From an archaeon (GTDB lineage: Archaea; Iainarchaeota; Iainarchaeia; Iainarchaeales; CSSED10-239), in contig DAOMZT010000001.1 in assembly GCA_035400625.1 (NCBI GenBank), forward strand, positions 60,001 through 92,000: 32,000 nt of DNA, read 5' to 3'. The notes under the pieces are model-generated. The model made no database searches, had not been told where the DNA came from, and saw nothing but the letters and a program-made list of their open reading frames with translations. Of the stretch, positions 21,949 through 30,839 are shown one piece after another. The position numbers and the translations under genes are program-made. Position 1 is the first letter of the stretch; the number at the start of each line of letters is the position of its first letter.

Positions 21949-22610
21949 AGCAGTTTCTTTTGGTATAGCTCATTAACTATGTTGTCAACAGTCTTCCATT
22001 TCATTCTAGTATATTCTGGAAAGCTCTTGTGCTTTTTAAAATAGTCTTTTAGAAAATCGATTGTTTTTGGATCAGAAGAATAACCAGAAATATCCAAGCC
22101 AACTAGTTTTTTTAGCATCTCGTCTCTTGTAACTTTGGCAAGGATTGATGCACAAGAAACAGATGGATGGTTAAGATCGGCCTTGTGCTCAGAAATTATT
22201 TTATAATTATATTCGTGCTTTATGGCTTTTAAGTTATCCTTTATTCTTTTTGTAAACTTTGTTGTTGTGGTATCTGGGGAATCAAACACAAGATAAAGAG
22301 GAGTTGATTTTAATTTGCTTATAGCAAAGGCAGCTTTTTGCGCCTCTATCTCGTTAAGAGAAAATCTGTCCATTAATATGTTTAATTCCTCTGCAGGAAC
22401 AACCACTATCTTATACTCTTCTGCTTCTTTTTTAATCAGTTCAAATAGTTCTTCTCGTTGCTTTGAAGACAAGAGCTTAGAGTCTTTTACTCCTGCATCT
22501 TTAAACATCTTTTCCTTGTTTTTGTCTATCACACAAACTGCCAGGACAAGCGGTCCTAAGACACAGCCTCTTCCTGCCTCATCAAACCCTGCAACTAGTT
22601 GTTTAGTCAT
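21945..22610 (-). CDS. rnhB: ribonuclease HII
   Basis: GFDEAGRGCVLGPLV (DEAGRG active site), DSKLLS, and SASILAKVTRD. Confidence 0.9.
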   Translation of the reverse strand: MTKQLVAGFDEAGRGCVLGPLVLAVCVIDKNKEKMFKDAGVKDSKLLSSKQREELFELIKKEAEEYKIVVVPAEELNILMDRFSLNEIEAQKAAFAISKLKSTPLYLVFDSPDTTTTKFTKRIKDNLKAIKHEYNYKIISEHKADLNHPSVSCASILAKVTRDEMLKKLVGLDISGYSSDPKTIDFLKDYFKKHKSFPEYTRMKWKTVDNIVNELYQKKLL

Positions 22611-22688
22611 TATTAATCAAGCTTTTTAAATACTTTGTTTATTAAATATAATATAGTACTTATTTTAAAGCTTATTAATGGTGAAAAA

Positions 22689-22952
22689 ATGAAAGGAACA
22701 ATAATGAATTACAGAATGGGCGTAAACACACAAAAGAATAATCATTTACTTATAAAGATAGATGATGAGAAATACAGAACCAAAGAATCTGTTGCTCCAT
22801 TGTTTGGAAAGAAAGTTGTTTTTACAACAATTGGAAAGAAAGTAATAAATGGCAAGGTTGCTTCTGCTCATGGTAACAAAGGGATTATCAGAGTAATCTT
22901 TGAGAAAGGTTTGCCAGGGGACGCAATTGGCCAGAAAGTAGAGATTAAATAA
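22689..22952 (+). CDS. rpl35ae: 50S ribosomal protein L35Ae (eL33)
   Basis: The sequence GTIMNYRMGVNTQKNNHLLIKI...GKVASAHGNKGIIRVIFEKGLPG is typical. I place the start at ATG 22689 (MKGTI...). The hydrophobic 18-codon extension in the track ORF is probably untranslated. Confidence 0.8.
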   Translation: MKGTIMNYRMGVNTQKNNHLLIKIDDEKYRTKESVAPLFGKKVVFTTIGKKVINGKVASAHGNKGIIRVIFEKGLPGDAIGQKVEIK

Positions 22953-22984
22953 ATCTCTATTTCAAAAATACAAATTCAAAAAAC

Positions 22985-23749
22985 ATGCAAGCAAAAGAAG
23001 TTTTTTTCAAAAACACTATTTTAAAAATTAAAAAAGAACTTCAAAGCCCAGATGCTAGAATTATTGCAATTTCTCAAGTGCTTTCTGGCTTGCCTAAAAA
23101 CATAAATGAGATATTTGAAGAGCTTAGGATTATTGGAGATGTTCTTTATCCTAATCTTGAAAAAGAACTAACTGTTGAGGAATATGTAAGGCTTTGCTCT
23201 CTTGAAGATGTCTCAGAAAGCACATTAAAAAAAATTTCTCTTGATAAAACAAAGATACAAAAGGTTCTAGAAATACAAGAGATGGGCTTGTCTGTAGAAC
23301 TAGAAAAAGAAGAAAAAACAATATTTATCAATCTTGCAAAGAACCTTCAAGCATTAATTGATATTAAAAAAAATCTTGAGGACCTGGAAGAAAACCTTGT
23401 AAAAACCAACTTTCCAAATTTTTCAGAAATTACAACACCAAAGATTGCTTGTAAGATGATTGAAGTTGCAGGCTCTTTTGAAAGACTTTCAAGATTTCCA
23501 GCTTCAACCATACAATTGCTTGGGGCAGAAAATTCCTTTTTTAGAGCATTAAGAACAGGCAATAAAAAGACGCCAAAATATGGTTTTATTTATTCTCATC
23601 CTTTGTTAATAAACTTAAACAAAAAAGAAAAAGGGAAAGTTGCAAGAACAATTTCTGCAAAGATAGCAATAGCAATCAAAGCAGATATTGCAGGTAAAGA
23701 CCTAAGAAAAGAACTATCTGAAAAAATAAAAAATAAATTAAAGAAATAA
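22985..23749 (+). CDS. Nop5 (Nop56/58) box C/D RNP core protein; NOSIC + Nop domains only, no N-terminal domain
   Basis: FPASTIQLLGAENSFFRALRTGNKKTPKYGFIYSHPLL (Nop domain), with NINEIFEELRIIGDVLYPNLEKEL (NOSIC-like) already at residues ~40-62. It is followed 2 nt later by fibrillarin. Confidence 0.8.
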   Translation: MQAKEVFFKNTILKIKKELQSPDARIIAISQVLSGLPKNINEIFEELRIIGDVLYPNLEKELTVEEYVRLCSLEDVSESTLKKISLDKTKIQKVLEIQEMGLSVELEKEEKTIFINLAKNLQALIDIKKNLEDLEENLVKTNFPNFSEITTPKIACKMIEVAGSFERLSRFPASTIQLLGAENSFFRALRTGNKKTPKYGFIYSHPLLINLNKKEKGKVARTISAKIAIAIKADIAGKDLRKELSEKIKNKLKK

Positions 23750-23751
23750 AT

Positions 23752-24357
23752 ATGGCACTAAAAAATCTTATAAAGGAAAAAGGAGATTTCTTTACCTTTG
23801 ACTTAAACACTAAAGAGAAAAGATATTGGGATCCAACACGCTCAAAGGTGTGTGCAGCCTTAAAGAAAGGACTAACTATCTTGCCATTAAAAGAAGACTT
23901 TAAGGTGCTTTATCTTGGTGCTGCTGAAGGCTATACTTGTTCTTATATTTCAGACATAGTAGATAAAGGAAGCATCTTTGGAGTTGATTTTTCAGCATAC
24001 AGCATGCAAAAGTTTGTGCTTCTTTGTAAGCATAGAAAAAACCTTTATCCAATACTTGGAGATGCTAACAAGCCAGAAGAATACAAATCACTTTTAGATT
24101 GCAAAGTTGACTTGATTATTCAAGATGTTGCTCAAAAAAACCAGATAGAAATCTTAAATAAGAATGCAAAGGAGTTTTTAAAGCCAGAAGGCTATGTGAT
24201 TTTGAGTCTTAAAACAACTGCTATTTCTCAAAAAGACACAAGAGCAATCATTGATGAAGAACTAAAGAAATTTGAAAAAGAGTTTAATATCATTGACAAA
24301 AGAAGACTAGACCCTTTTGAAAAGAAACATATGATAATTGTTGGAAAAAAGAAATAA
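23752..24357 (+). CDS. flpA: fibrillarin-like rRNA/tRNA 2'-O-methyltransferase
   Basis: SAM motif VLYLGAAEGYTCSYISDIV, ILGDANKPEEY, IIQDVAQ. Confidence 0.9.
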   Translation: MALKNLIKEKGDFFTFDLNTKEKRYWDPTRSKVCAALKKGLTILPLKEDFKVLYLGAAEGYTCSYISDIVDKGSIFGVDFSAYSMQKFVLLCKHRKNLYPILGDANKPEEYKSLLDCKVDLIIQDVAQKNQIEILNKNAKEFLKPEGYVILSLKTTAISQKDTRAIIDEELKKFEKEFNIIDKRRLDPFEKKHMIIVGKKK

Positions 24358-24358
24358 A

Positions 24359-24553
24359 CTATTTTACATCTTTAGATTTTAGATATGCCTCTATTGACCT
24401 GTCATATGTTTTTTCTGTCTTTGTGTCAAAATAACATGCTGGAAGCTCTCCATTTTTTCTGTGATGTGCAATACACTCACAGCAAATGCCTTTTCTCTTA
24501 CAGTCATATGTGCAGTTGCAAGATTTCTTGTTAATTTCTTTTTTGCATTCCAT
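24359..24553 (-). CDS. small Cys-rich protein (DUF6485-like pattern)
   Basis: 64 aa with 8 Cys arranged as [31 protein letters not shown]. From memory this resembles a conserved uncharacterised family. Confidence 0.5.
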   Translation of the reverse strand: MECKKEINKKSCNCTYDCKRKGICCECIAHHRKNGELPACYFDTKTEKTYDRSIEAYLKSKDVK

Positions 24554-24568
24554 AATTTTTCACCACAT

Positions 24569-25501
24569 TTAATATGTAAAAAGAAGAATTATAAAAATAA
24601 TATAAAATAACAACAAAACAAAGCCTTCTTTTTTTGTTAATTTTTTATCAATTATAACATAGATAAAAGAAATCAAAGCCAAGCCTAACATTGGTATTGC
24701 AATCTTGAAGATATGGGTTGGAACAATAATAAAACCAAAGAACCTAGAAAAGCTAGAAACTATCAAAATATCAATTATGCTTGCACCAATGATGTTGGCT
24801 ACAGCAATGTCAAGATGTCCTTTCTTTACTGAGATTATGCCAACAACAAGCTCTGTTAAGCTAGTGCCTAAAGCAATAACCGTTATTGCAATAATCTCTG
24901 GAAATATCCCTACAATTTTAGAAATATTAAGCATAGAATCTACAACATATTTTGAACCAACATATATCAATATTGAATAGATTAAAATTAAAAAAACACA
25001 AAGATAAGAGTTTGTTTTTATCGGAGTATCTAATTTGGCTGGCTTTGATAACTTGTACTGATAAATCGAATACACTATATAAATGATTGCACACAAAAAA
25101 GCCTCAAGTAGCGTAAAATTACCATCAATTATAAATAAAACAAAAAGGCAAACAACAATAGCAAGCATCCACAAGTCTGTCTTTAATGAGCTTTTGTAAA
25201 TATACTTTGTGCCATATAAAAAACCAACAGTACCAATAACTAAAAAAATGTTTGTGGTAACTGAACCAATAATTGTAGGAATAACAATCTCAGAACTTCC
25301 TTTTAATGTCCCATAAATTGAAGAAGCAAGCTCTGGCAGGGTTGTGCCAATACTAACAATGATTAGGCCAATTAAAAATGTAGAAAGTCCCAAGTTCTTA
25401 CCTAGCTCTTTTGATTTCTCAACAAACAAGTCTGCTGAAAATATCAATAACCCAAGACTCAGTAAAAATACAAATAACCAAAACAATAAAGCAAGTAACA
25501 T
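24569..25501 (-). CDS. CaCA-family sodium/calcium (cation) exchanger membrane protein
   Basis: Two alpha-repeat signatures, GTTLPELASSIYG and GTSLTELVVGIIS, in a ~10-TM protein. Confidence 0.85.
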   Translation of the reverse strand: MLLALLFWLFVFLLSLGLLIFSADLFVEKSKELGKNLGLSTFLIGLIIVSIGTTLPELASSIYGTLKGSSEIVIPTIIGSVTTNIFLVIGTVGFLYGTKYIYKSSLKTDLWMLAIVVCLFVLFIIDGNFTLLEAFLCAIIYIVYSIYQYKLSKPAKLDTPIKTNSYLCVFLILIYSILIYVGSKYVVDSMLNISKIVGIFPEIIAITVIALGTSLTELVVGIISVKKGHLDIAVANIIGASIIDILIVSSFSRFFGFIIVPTHIFKIAIPMLGLALISFIYVIIDKKLTKKEGFVLLLFYIIFIILLFTY

Positions 25502-25508
25502 AAACCCC

Positions 25509-26102
25509 TCATTTCTTTACATATGCTTTTATAATTACTATATTTTCTTTTGGCCAATCTTCATGACCAGCATTAATTCCTGTTTCTACAGCTTCTATTG
25601 CTTTAACTACTTCCATACCCAAAACAACTTTGCCAAAGACCGCATAGCCAGGATTACTTGATGAATAATTTAGAAAATTGTTATCAACAGTATTAATGAA
25701 AAACTGAGAAGTTGCAGAGTTAGGAGATTTGGTTCTTGCCATAGCAATCGTGCCTTCTGTGTTATATAGGCCATTGTTAGATTCTAGGACTATTGGACTG
25801 TTTGTTTCTTTTTGAATGCCAGCTGTTGTAAAGCCACCACCTTGTATCATAAACCCCTTCATTACTCTATGGAAGACTAAGCCATCATAAAAACCAGAAT
25901 TAACATATTCTAAAAAATTAGTAGTTGTTATTGGCGCATGATTAGTATCAAGTTCGATTTCTATATTTCCTTTTGTTGTTTCTAAAACTACTATTGAGTT
26001 CATATTTTTGTCCTTTTTAGATATTGAAAATATATTTATTAGCAAAACAATTAAAATGATTACTAAAATTAAAAAGATAATAACTAATTTTTTATTTTTC
26101 AT
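25509..26102 (-). CDS. cyclophilin-type peptidyl-prolyl cis-trans isomerase with an N-terminal membrane anchor
   Basis: FHRVMKGFMIQGGGF, GTIAMAR and SQFFIN motifs. The N-terminal hydrophobic segment is LVIIFLILVIILIVLLINIF. Confidence 0.9.
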   Translation of the reverse strand: MKNKKLVIIFLILVIILIVLLINIFSISKKDKNMNSIVVLETTKGNIEIELDTNHAPITTTNFLEYVNSGFYDGLVFHRVMKGFMIQGGGFTTAGIQKETNSPIVLESNNGLYNTEGTIAMARTKSPNSATSQFFINTVDNNFLNYSSSNPGYAVFGKVVLGMEVVKAIEAVETGINAGHEDWPKENIVIIKAYVKK

Positions 26103-26608
26103 GAACTTACCTCTTTCTTTTCTAATTTATTAACTATTGGAACAAAATAGTTTTCTATTACAAAACTTATATTGTCAATAATCTCATTTAAGGTTTTAGA
26201 TATTATTTTTTCCCATTCTTTTATTTCTTTCTCTACCTCTTTAATTTTGTCTTTATTTGGAGATTGCGAAATAACATAAAGCCTTAATTGAAAAACAAAA
26301 TCTAATACATTCTCTTTAATAGACATTAGCTGATATCTTAGCTTTATTGTTTTTTTCGCACTATCATATACAAATCTTGGACGACTGTTTTTCTTGTATT
26401 CTCCTGAAACAATAGGAGAGATTAAACGATAAAATTTATGTTTTATTTCAGTCATTGTGTTTGCAAGATCTACTGGTTTCTTTATTGGCTTTGCTTTAAT
26501 ATTTATGTTCTTATGAATATTCTTAATATCCAATTCAAGCCTTGGCTTGATCTTTTTTATGGGACTTGGCTTTTTTAGTCTTATTCTTTTGCGATATATT
26601 ACTGACAT
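26099..26608 (-). CDS. hypothetical protein with a K/R/P-rich N-terminal tail
   Basis: 169 aa. The N-terminus is MSVIYRKRIRLKKPSPIKKIKPRLELD. Its stop overlaps the PPIase start (ATGA). Confidence 0.55.
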   Translation of the reverse strand: MSVIYRKRIRLKKPSPIKKIKPRLELDIKNIHKNINIKAKPIKKPVDLANTMTEIKHKFYRLISPIVSGEYKKNSRPRFVYDSAKKTIKLRYQLMSIKENVLDFVFQLRLYVISQSPNKDKIKEVEKEIKEWEKIISKTLNEIIDNISFVIENYFVPIVNKLEKKEVSS

Positions 26609-26622
26609 AATTTTTCAAATTT

Positions 26623-26694
26623 AGCCTCTGATGGGAATTGGACCCACGACCTTTTGCTTACGAGGCAAACGCTCTACCACTGAGCTACAGAGGC
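26623..26694 (-). tRNA. tRNA-Thr (anticodon CGU)
   Basis: The reverse complement reads GCCTCTG TA GCTC AGTGGTA GAGC G TTTGC CTCGTAA GCAAA AGGTC GTGGG TCCAATT CCCAT CAGAGGC T. Confidence 0.85.
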
Positions 26695-26703
26695 AAAAGC
26701 AAT

Positions 26704-28227
26704 TTATTTTATTTTTGAAAATTTTGTTTTACCACAATAAAGCTTCTCAAGAAGCTTGCCTATAGATTTTATTGGGACTCTCTTTTGCTCTTGGCTATCT
26801 CTGTCTCTTATTGTTACTGTTTGTTTTTCTAAGGTTTCGTGATCTATTGTTAAACAATAATTACAACCAATCTCATCAAGGCGTGCATATCTCTTACCAA
26901 TTGAACCAGTTTCATCATAAAAGACATCATATTTTTTGGACTCTTCTTTTAATGTCAAAAAGATTTCTGTTGCTTTCTCTGAAAGGCCATCTTTTTTCAT
27001 TAATGGCAAGATTGCTACAAAGTAAGGAGCAACTTTTGGATTAAGATGCAGGAAGTTTCTTTCCTCTCGGTTAATTTCTTTTATCTTGAAATTATTTTCT
27101 AACAAAAGATAAAAAAGACGCCCAAGGCCAATTGAACAAATCTCCAAGACATGAGGTTGTATTCTTTTGCCTTCTTCAGATACAGAAAGGTCTTTCTTTG
27201 AGCCTTTACTATGTGCTAAAAGATCATAATCTGTCCTGTAGTTAATACAAAATAATTCCACCCACTCGTTTTCTGATTTGATCTCACAATCAAAAGTTTG
27301 TTTGGAATAAAAGGAACGATCATTTTCAGGAACTTCCCTAAACCTGATGTTTGAGTGGGAAAAGCCAAGATCTTCTAAAAATTTCTGAGTAATGTAAAGA
27401 GCATAAGTTATTAGATTGCCTGTTGTTATTTTCTTTTCTGTAATTTTTGCAATATTATAGTCTTTTTCTTCCTTGTCTTTTAATAATTTAAATCTAATCT
27501 TGTATTTGCTTATTGTTTCAAGAGATATTGGAGTTTCATTAATCTTGTCTGGATCAAAAAACATTTCTGTTTCTAATTGCTCAAACTCTCTGGATCTTAA
27601 TAAGCCGTTTCTTGGAGAAATCTCGTTTCTGTAAACTACTCCGTGCTGAGAGATAGTTATTGGTAGAGATTGCCTAGAAGTTTTATATAATCTTAAAAAA
27701 TCTAAAAATATAGATTGACAGCTTTCGCCTCTAAGATAACCAATATTTCCAGCTGTTGTTCCAACATTAATGCATGACATTAGGTTGAATCTCTTTATGT
27801 CTGTTAGCTTGCCTTTACATTTTGTACAAACAACCTTGTTATTATCAATTAATTTTTGATATTCCGCAATAGAAAGATTTTCAGCAACCTCTGTTTTTGT
27901 AATTTCAGAGATTAATCTGTCTAAGCGATATACTTGCTTACAACTCTCACAAGTAGCTATCGGGTCATCAAAGTTACCAAGATGTCCTGAAGCCACAAAC
28001 ACATCTTTTGGAAGAATAATTGACCCAAAGATTTCTAAGAAATTGTTCTTTCTTACAAACTCCTCTCTCCAAAAATTAATAAGATTAATTCGAATTCTGT
28101 TGCCGATTGGCCCATACTCATAAAAACCAGCAAAGTTATTAGCATAAATCTCAGCAGAAGGAAAGTAAAGAGATCTTGTAGCACAAAATTCATTAAATTT
28201 TTCTAAGCGAGTAGCCATGTTTTTCAC
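26704..28227 (-). CDS. glyS: glycine--tRNA ligase (archaeal/eukaryal class II type)
   Basis: FPSAEIYANNFAGFYEYGPIGNRIR at the N-terminus, a CxxC...CxxC insertion, motif 2/3-like regions, and a C-terminal anticodon-binding domain. The start may be the Met at 28218. Confidence 0.85.
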   Translation of the reverse strand: MKNMATRLEKFNEFCATRSLYFPSAEIYANNFAGFYEYGPIGNRIRINLINFWREEFVRKNNFLEIFGSIILPKDVFVASGHLGNFDDPIATCESCKQVYRLDRLISEITKTEVAENLSIAEYQKLIDNNKVVCTKCKGKLTDIKRFNLMSCINVGTTAGNIGYLRGESCQSIFLDFLRLYKTSRQSLPITISQHGVVYRNEISPRNGLLRSREFEQLETEMFFDPDKINETPISLETISKYKIRFKLLKDKEEKDYNIAKITEKKITTGNLITYALYITQKFLEDLGFSHSNIRFREVPENDRSFYSKQTFDCEIKSENEWVELFCINYRTDYDLLAHSKGSKKDLSVSEEGKRIQPHVLEICSIGLGRLFYLLLENNFKIKEINREERNFLHLNPKVAPYFVAILPLMKKDGLSEKATEIFLTLKEESKKYDVFYDETGSIGKRYARLDEIGCNYCLTIDHETLEKQTVTIRDRDSQEQKRVPIKSIGKLLEKLYCGKTKFSKIK

Positions 28228-28320
28228 TATTTCATATTATAAACATTTTGTTTTCTATTATATTATATAGTAATAGAATAAAAACATATTTAAAAATGGC
28301 TTTTTTCTATTCCTTGTTGT

Positions 28321-28402
28321 GCAGGGGTTCCCGAGCGGTCAAAGGGGCACGGCTTAGGACCGTGTGCTTAGTGCTTCGCAGGTTCAAATCCTGCCCTCTG
28401 CA
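28321..28402 (+). tRNA. tRNA-Leu (anticodon UAG), long variable arm
   Basis: Acceptor stem GCAGGGG/CCTCTGC (one G-U) with discriminator A. Anticodon stem CACGG/CCGTG with loop CTTAGGA. A 13-nt variable region, whose pairing I could not resolve. T arm GCAGG-TTCAAAT-CCTGC. A TATA-like ATATTTAAAAA is centred about 30 nt upstream. Confidence 0.8.
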
Positions 28403-28422
28403 CTTTTTTTAAAAAACTAGTT

Positions 28423-29028
28423 TTAATTGTGGCTTTCTTTTACTCTTTTCATTTTCTCAAAAAAAACATCTATCCCTTTTGAATTTTCAAGTCTTAACTT
28501 TGAGAATTTGCTTTTAATAGCCTGATATTCCTTAAGGGAATTTTCAATAGTTGCCAATATTTTTCCTCTTTGCTTTGCAGATAATTTTTTGAGATTTTGG
28601 CCTTCATATTCTAAAACTCTTTTATATAAAGAATGAAGTTTATTGCCAACCGCTCTTTCAACAAAATTTTGTGCTGTTATTGTGCTTTTTCTGAATTTTT
28701 CAAGAGCTTCTTCAAATTGCAAAACTGATTTGTTTGGTTTCTTGCCAGCCTTTATCTTAGAAATATAATCTAATTCTGCATTGGCAATTGCTTCATATTT
28801 TTGTAACCTGCCATAATTTCTACTTACCTCTGAGAATTTGCCTTCAAGTAAAGATGTACCTAATTTCATTTTCTGTAATTGTATTTTCCAATCTCGTAAA
28901 TTATTTGCACCTTTAGTTAATCTAGCTTTCACACTTTCAGGAATTGCCGGCTTCTTTACTCTTGTTGGTTTTTTCTTTGTTTGTGTTTTCTCTATTGTCT
29001 TTCGCCTAATTCCTGCAAATTTTGGCAT
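28423..29028 (-). CDS. hypothetical protein with a K/R/P-rich N-terminal tail
   Basis: 201 aa. The N-terminus is MPKFAGIRRKTIEKTQTKKKPTRVKKPAIPESVKARL, and the remainder looks helical. Confidence 0.55.
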   Translation of the reverse strand: MPKFAGIRRKTIEKTQTKKKPTRVKKPAIPESVKARLTKGANNLRDWKIQLQKMKLGTSLLEGKFSEVSRNYGRLQKYEAIANAELDYISKIKAGKKPNKSVLQFEEALEKFRKSTITAQNFVERAVGNKLHSLYKRVLEYEGQNLKKLSAKQRGKILATIENSLKEYQAIKSKFSKLRLENSKGIDVFFEKMKRVKESHN

Positions 29029-29103
29029 AATATTTTACCTCTTAATTTATATTAACAATAATAAAATAACTATATATAAAACTATCATTTCAAAACTTTT
29101 TGA

Positions 29104-29730
29104 TTATTTGAAAATTGTGCCTGTCTCTATATACCAGAGATAAAGATCAAGCTCACCAAGAGCAAGGTTGGTTTTTTTTGCAAGAGCCTCTAATTTTTTC
29201 TCAATTTTAAGGTAGTTTTCTTTATTCAGGGTTTTTGGCCTTTCTATCAGATTATTTTCTGCCAAAATATCAATGATGTGAAAATCAATAATCGCATAAT
29301 CAAAAAAACCTATGTTTCTTAAGAAATGACTAGACTCCTTAAAGCCCAGGCCTTTAATGTTCTTTACAAGCCACTCTCTTCTTTCATACCTATCTTTTAT
29401 TAAGAATATTTTGTCTTTAATGTTGTCTTTATGTTCTTGTGCCAAAAAAATAAAATGAGCCCTTGTGTTTGGGAACCTGTGGCCGTGTTTTTTAAGAAGG
29501 GCAGAAAGTTCCTTTTCTGTGGCTGTCAAGAACAAATCACCACAGCTCTCTTGAATCTCAACAGCCCTTTTAGCATTAAAGTTAGCAGTCATCAAACAAA
29601 AACAAAGCTCCTTAAAGACCTCATGATTGCTTTTCTTTTGAAAAGATAAAAACTGCTTTTTCTTTTTCCCTATGTCTTTTCCTAAAGATGAGGACTTTAG
29701 AGTATTTATTTTAGAGAGAAGGGAATGCAT
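29104..29730 (-). CDS. ogg: archaeal-type 8-oxoguanine DNA glycosylase/AP lyase (Ogg2-like, HhH-GPD)
   Basis: HhH plus catalytic Lys region IKGLGFKESSHFLRNIGF and catalytic Asp region YAIIDFHI. Confidence 0.8.
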   Translation of the reverse strand: MHSLLSKINTLKSSSLGKDIGKKKKQFLSFQKKSNHEVFKELCFCLMTANFNAKRAVEIQESCGDLFLTATEKELSALLKKHGHRFPNTRAHFIFLAQEHKDNIKDKIFLIKDRYERREWLVKNIKGLGFKESSHFLRNIGFFDYAIIDFHIIDILAENNLIERPKTLNKENYLKIEKKLEALAKKTNLALGELDLYLWYIETGTIFK

Positions 29731-29766
29731 GCTTGTCCAAGAATTAGTGTTTTTAGAGAAAGGAAA

Positions 29767-30147
29767 TCATTGTGATTTCCAAACTCCGTGTAGATTACAA
29801 TGACACCTAGCACTTACCTTATAGCCACTTGCCTTAAACTCAGCTACTGGTTCATCGCCGATATTTAGTTTTTTAACATATACTGCTCCATCAATATTAA
29901 CTTCGATCCATTTGATGTGGTGCTCTTCAGTCATTGGGTGAGTTATCTCTCCAACTCTAACAATAATTGCGTCTCTTGTTTTTTCAATTACTGGAACGTG
30001 TTTTTCTTTTAGTTGATCTTCACTAGTATTTTCGTGATGAAGGTCCATGTTTTGCCCACAGCACACAAGTGTTCCGCCACCTGCATCAATTACCTCTACA
30101 ACATTTCCACAGATTGTACATCTGTATATTTCTCCTTTCTTTACCAT
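29767..30147 (-). CDS. dfx: desulfoferrodoxin (two-iron superoxide reductase)
   Basis: N-terminal desulforedoxin-like CTICGN...CCGQ. The SOR domain has KHVP, EEHHIKWIE and CNLHGVW ligand motifs. Confidence 0.9.
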   Translation of the reverse strand: MVKKGEIYRCTICGNVVEVIDAGGGTLVCCGQNMDLHHENTSEDQLKEKHVPVIEKTRDAIIVRVGEITHPMTEEHHIKWIEVNIDGAVYVKKLNIGDEPVAEFKASGYKVSARCHCNLHGVWKSQ

Positions 30148-30161
30148 ATTTTATACCCCCT

Positions 30162-30746
30162 TTAATAATTTTCATCTTGAACTTTAAAATAATTTGTTTC
30201 ATGCCCACAAGATGGACAGATCTTTGGTGGCTCTTTGCCTTTGTGCACATATCCACATTTCATACAAAGCCACACTACCTCTTTGTCTTTTTTGAACAGT
30301 TTATTTTCATTTAAATTTTTAAGTAATTTCTTGTATCTTTCCTCATGATGTTTTTCTGCAATTGCAATCGCTCTGAGTTTTTTTGCAATTTCTATCAGGC
30401 CTTCTTTTTTTGCAATATCTGCAAACTCTGGATACATCTTAGTATATTCGTGGTTTTCTCCAGCAATTGCTGCTTTTAAATGATCTTTTGTATTCCCATA
30501 AACTGTTGGAACATCTGTTTCAATAATAATCTCTGTATTTATATTGTACTTCTTCTTTAATTCCTTAATTAAAACAAATAATTGCTTAGCATGTTCTCTT
30601 TCCTGTTCTGCGGTCTCTAGAAAAACATCAGATATCTGATTAAATCCTTCTTTTAAAGCAACCTTTGCATAAAAAGTATATCTGTTTCTAGCCTGGCATT
30701 CTCCAACATATGCTTTTGCTAAATTCTCAATTGTCTTTATTTCCAT
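30162..30746 (-). CDS. rbr: rubrerythrin
   Basis: Di-iron four-helix-bundle motifs ([30 protein letters not shown]) plus a C-terminal rubredoxin-like CMKCG...CPSCG. Confidence 0.9.
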   Translation of the reverse strand: MEIKTIENLAKAYVGECQARNRYTFYAKVALKEGFNQISDVFLETAEQEREHAKQLFVLIKELKKKYNINTEIIIETDVPTVYGNTKDHLKAAIAGENHEYTKMYPEFADIAKKEGLIEIAKKLRAIAIAEKHHEERYKKLLKNLNENKLFKKDKEVVWLCMKCGYVHKGKEPPKICPSCGHETNYFKVQDENY

Positions 30747-30839
30747 AAAATAAACCCCCTAAAATATCGCTTACCTGTAAATATATATAAAAGCATAAAT
30801 ATTAAATATATTGTTATAATATATTTATTGTAAAAACAT

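Noticed and set aside
22635-22688. 18-codon N-terminal extension of the L35Ae ORF (MFIKYNIVLILKLINGEK)
   Set aside because: It is hydrophobic and not part of L35Ae proteins. It also starts only 25 nt from the divergent rnhB start. The ATG at 22689 gives a normal-length protein.
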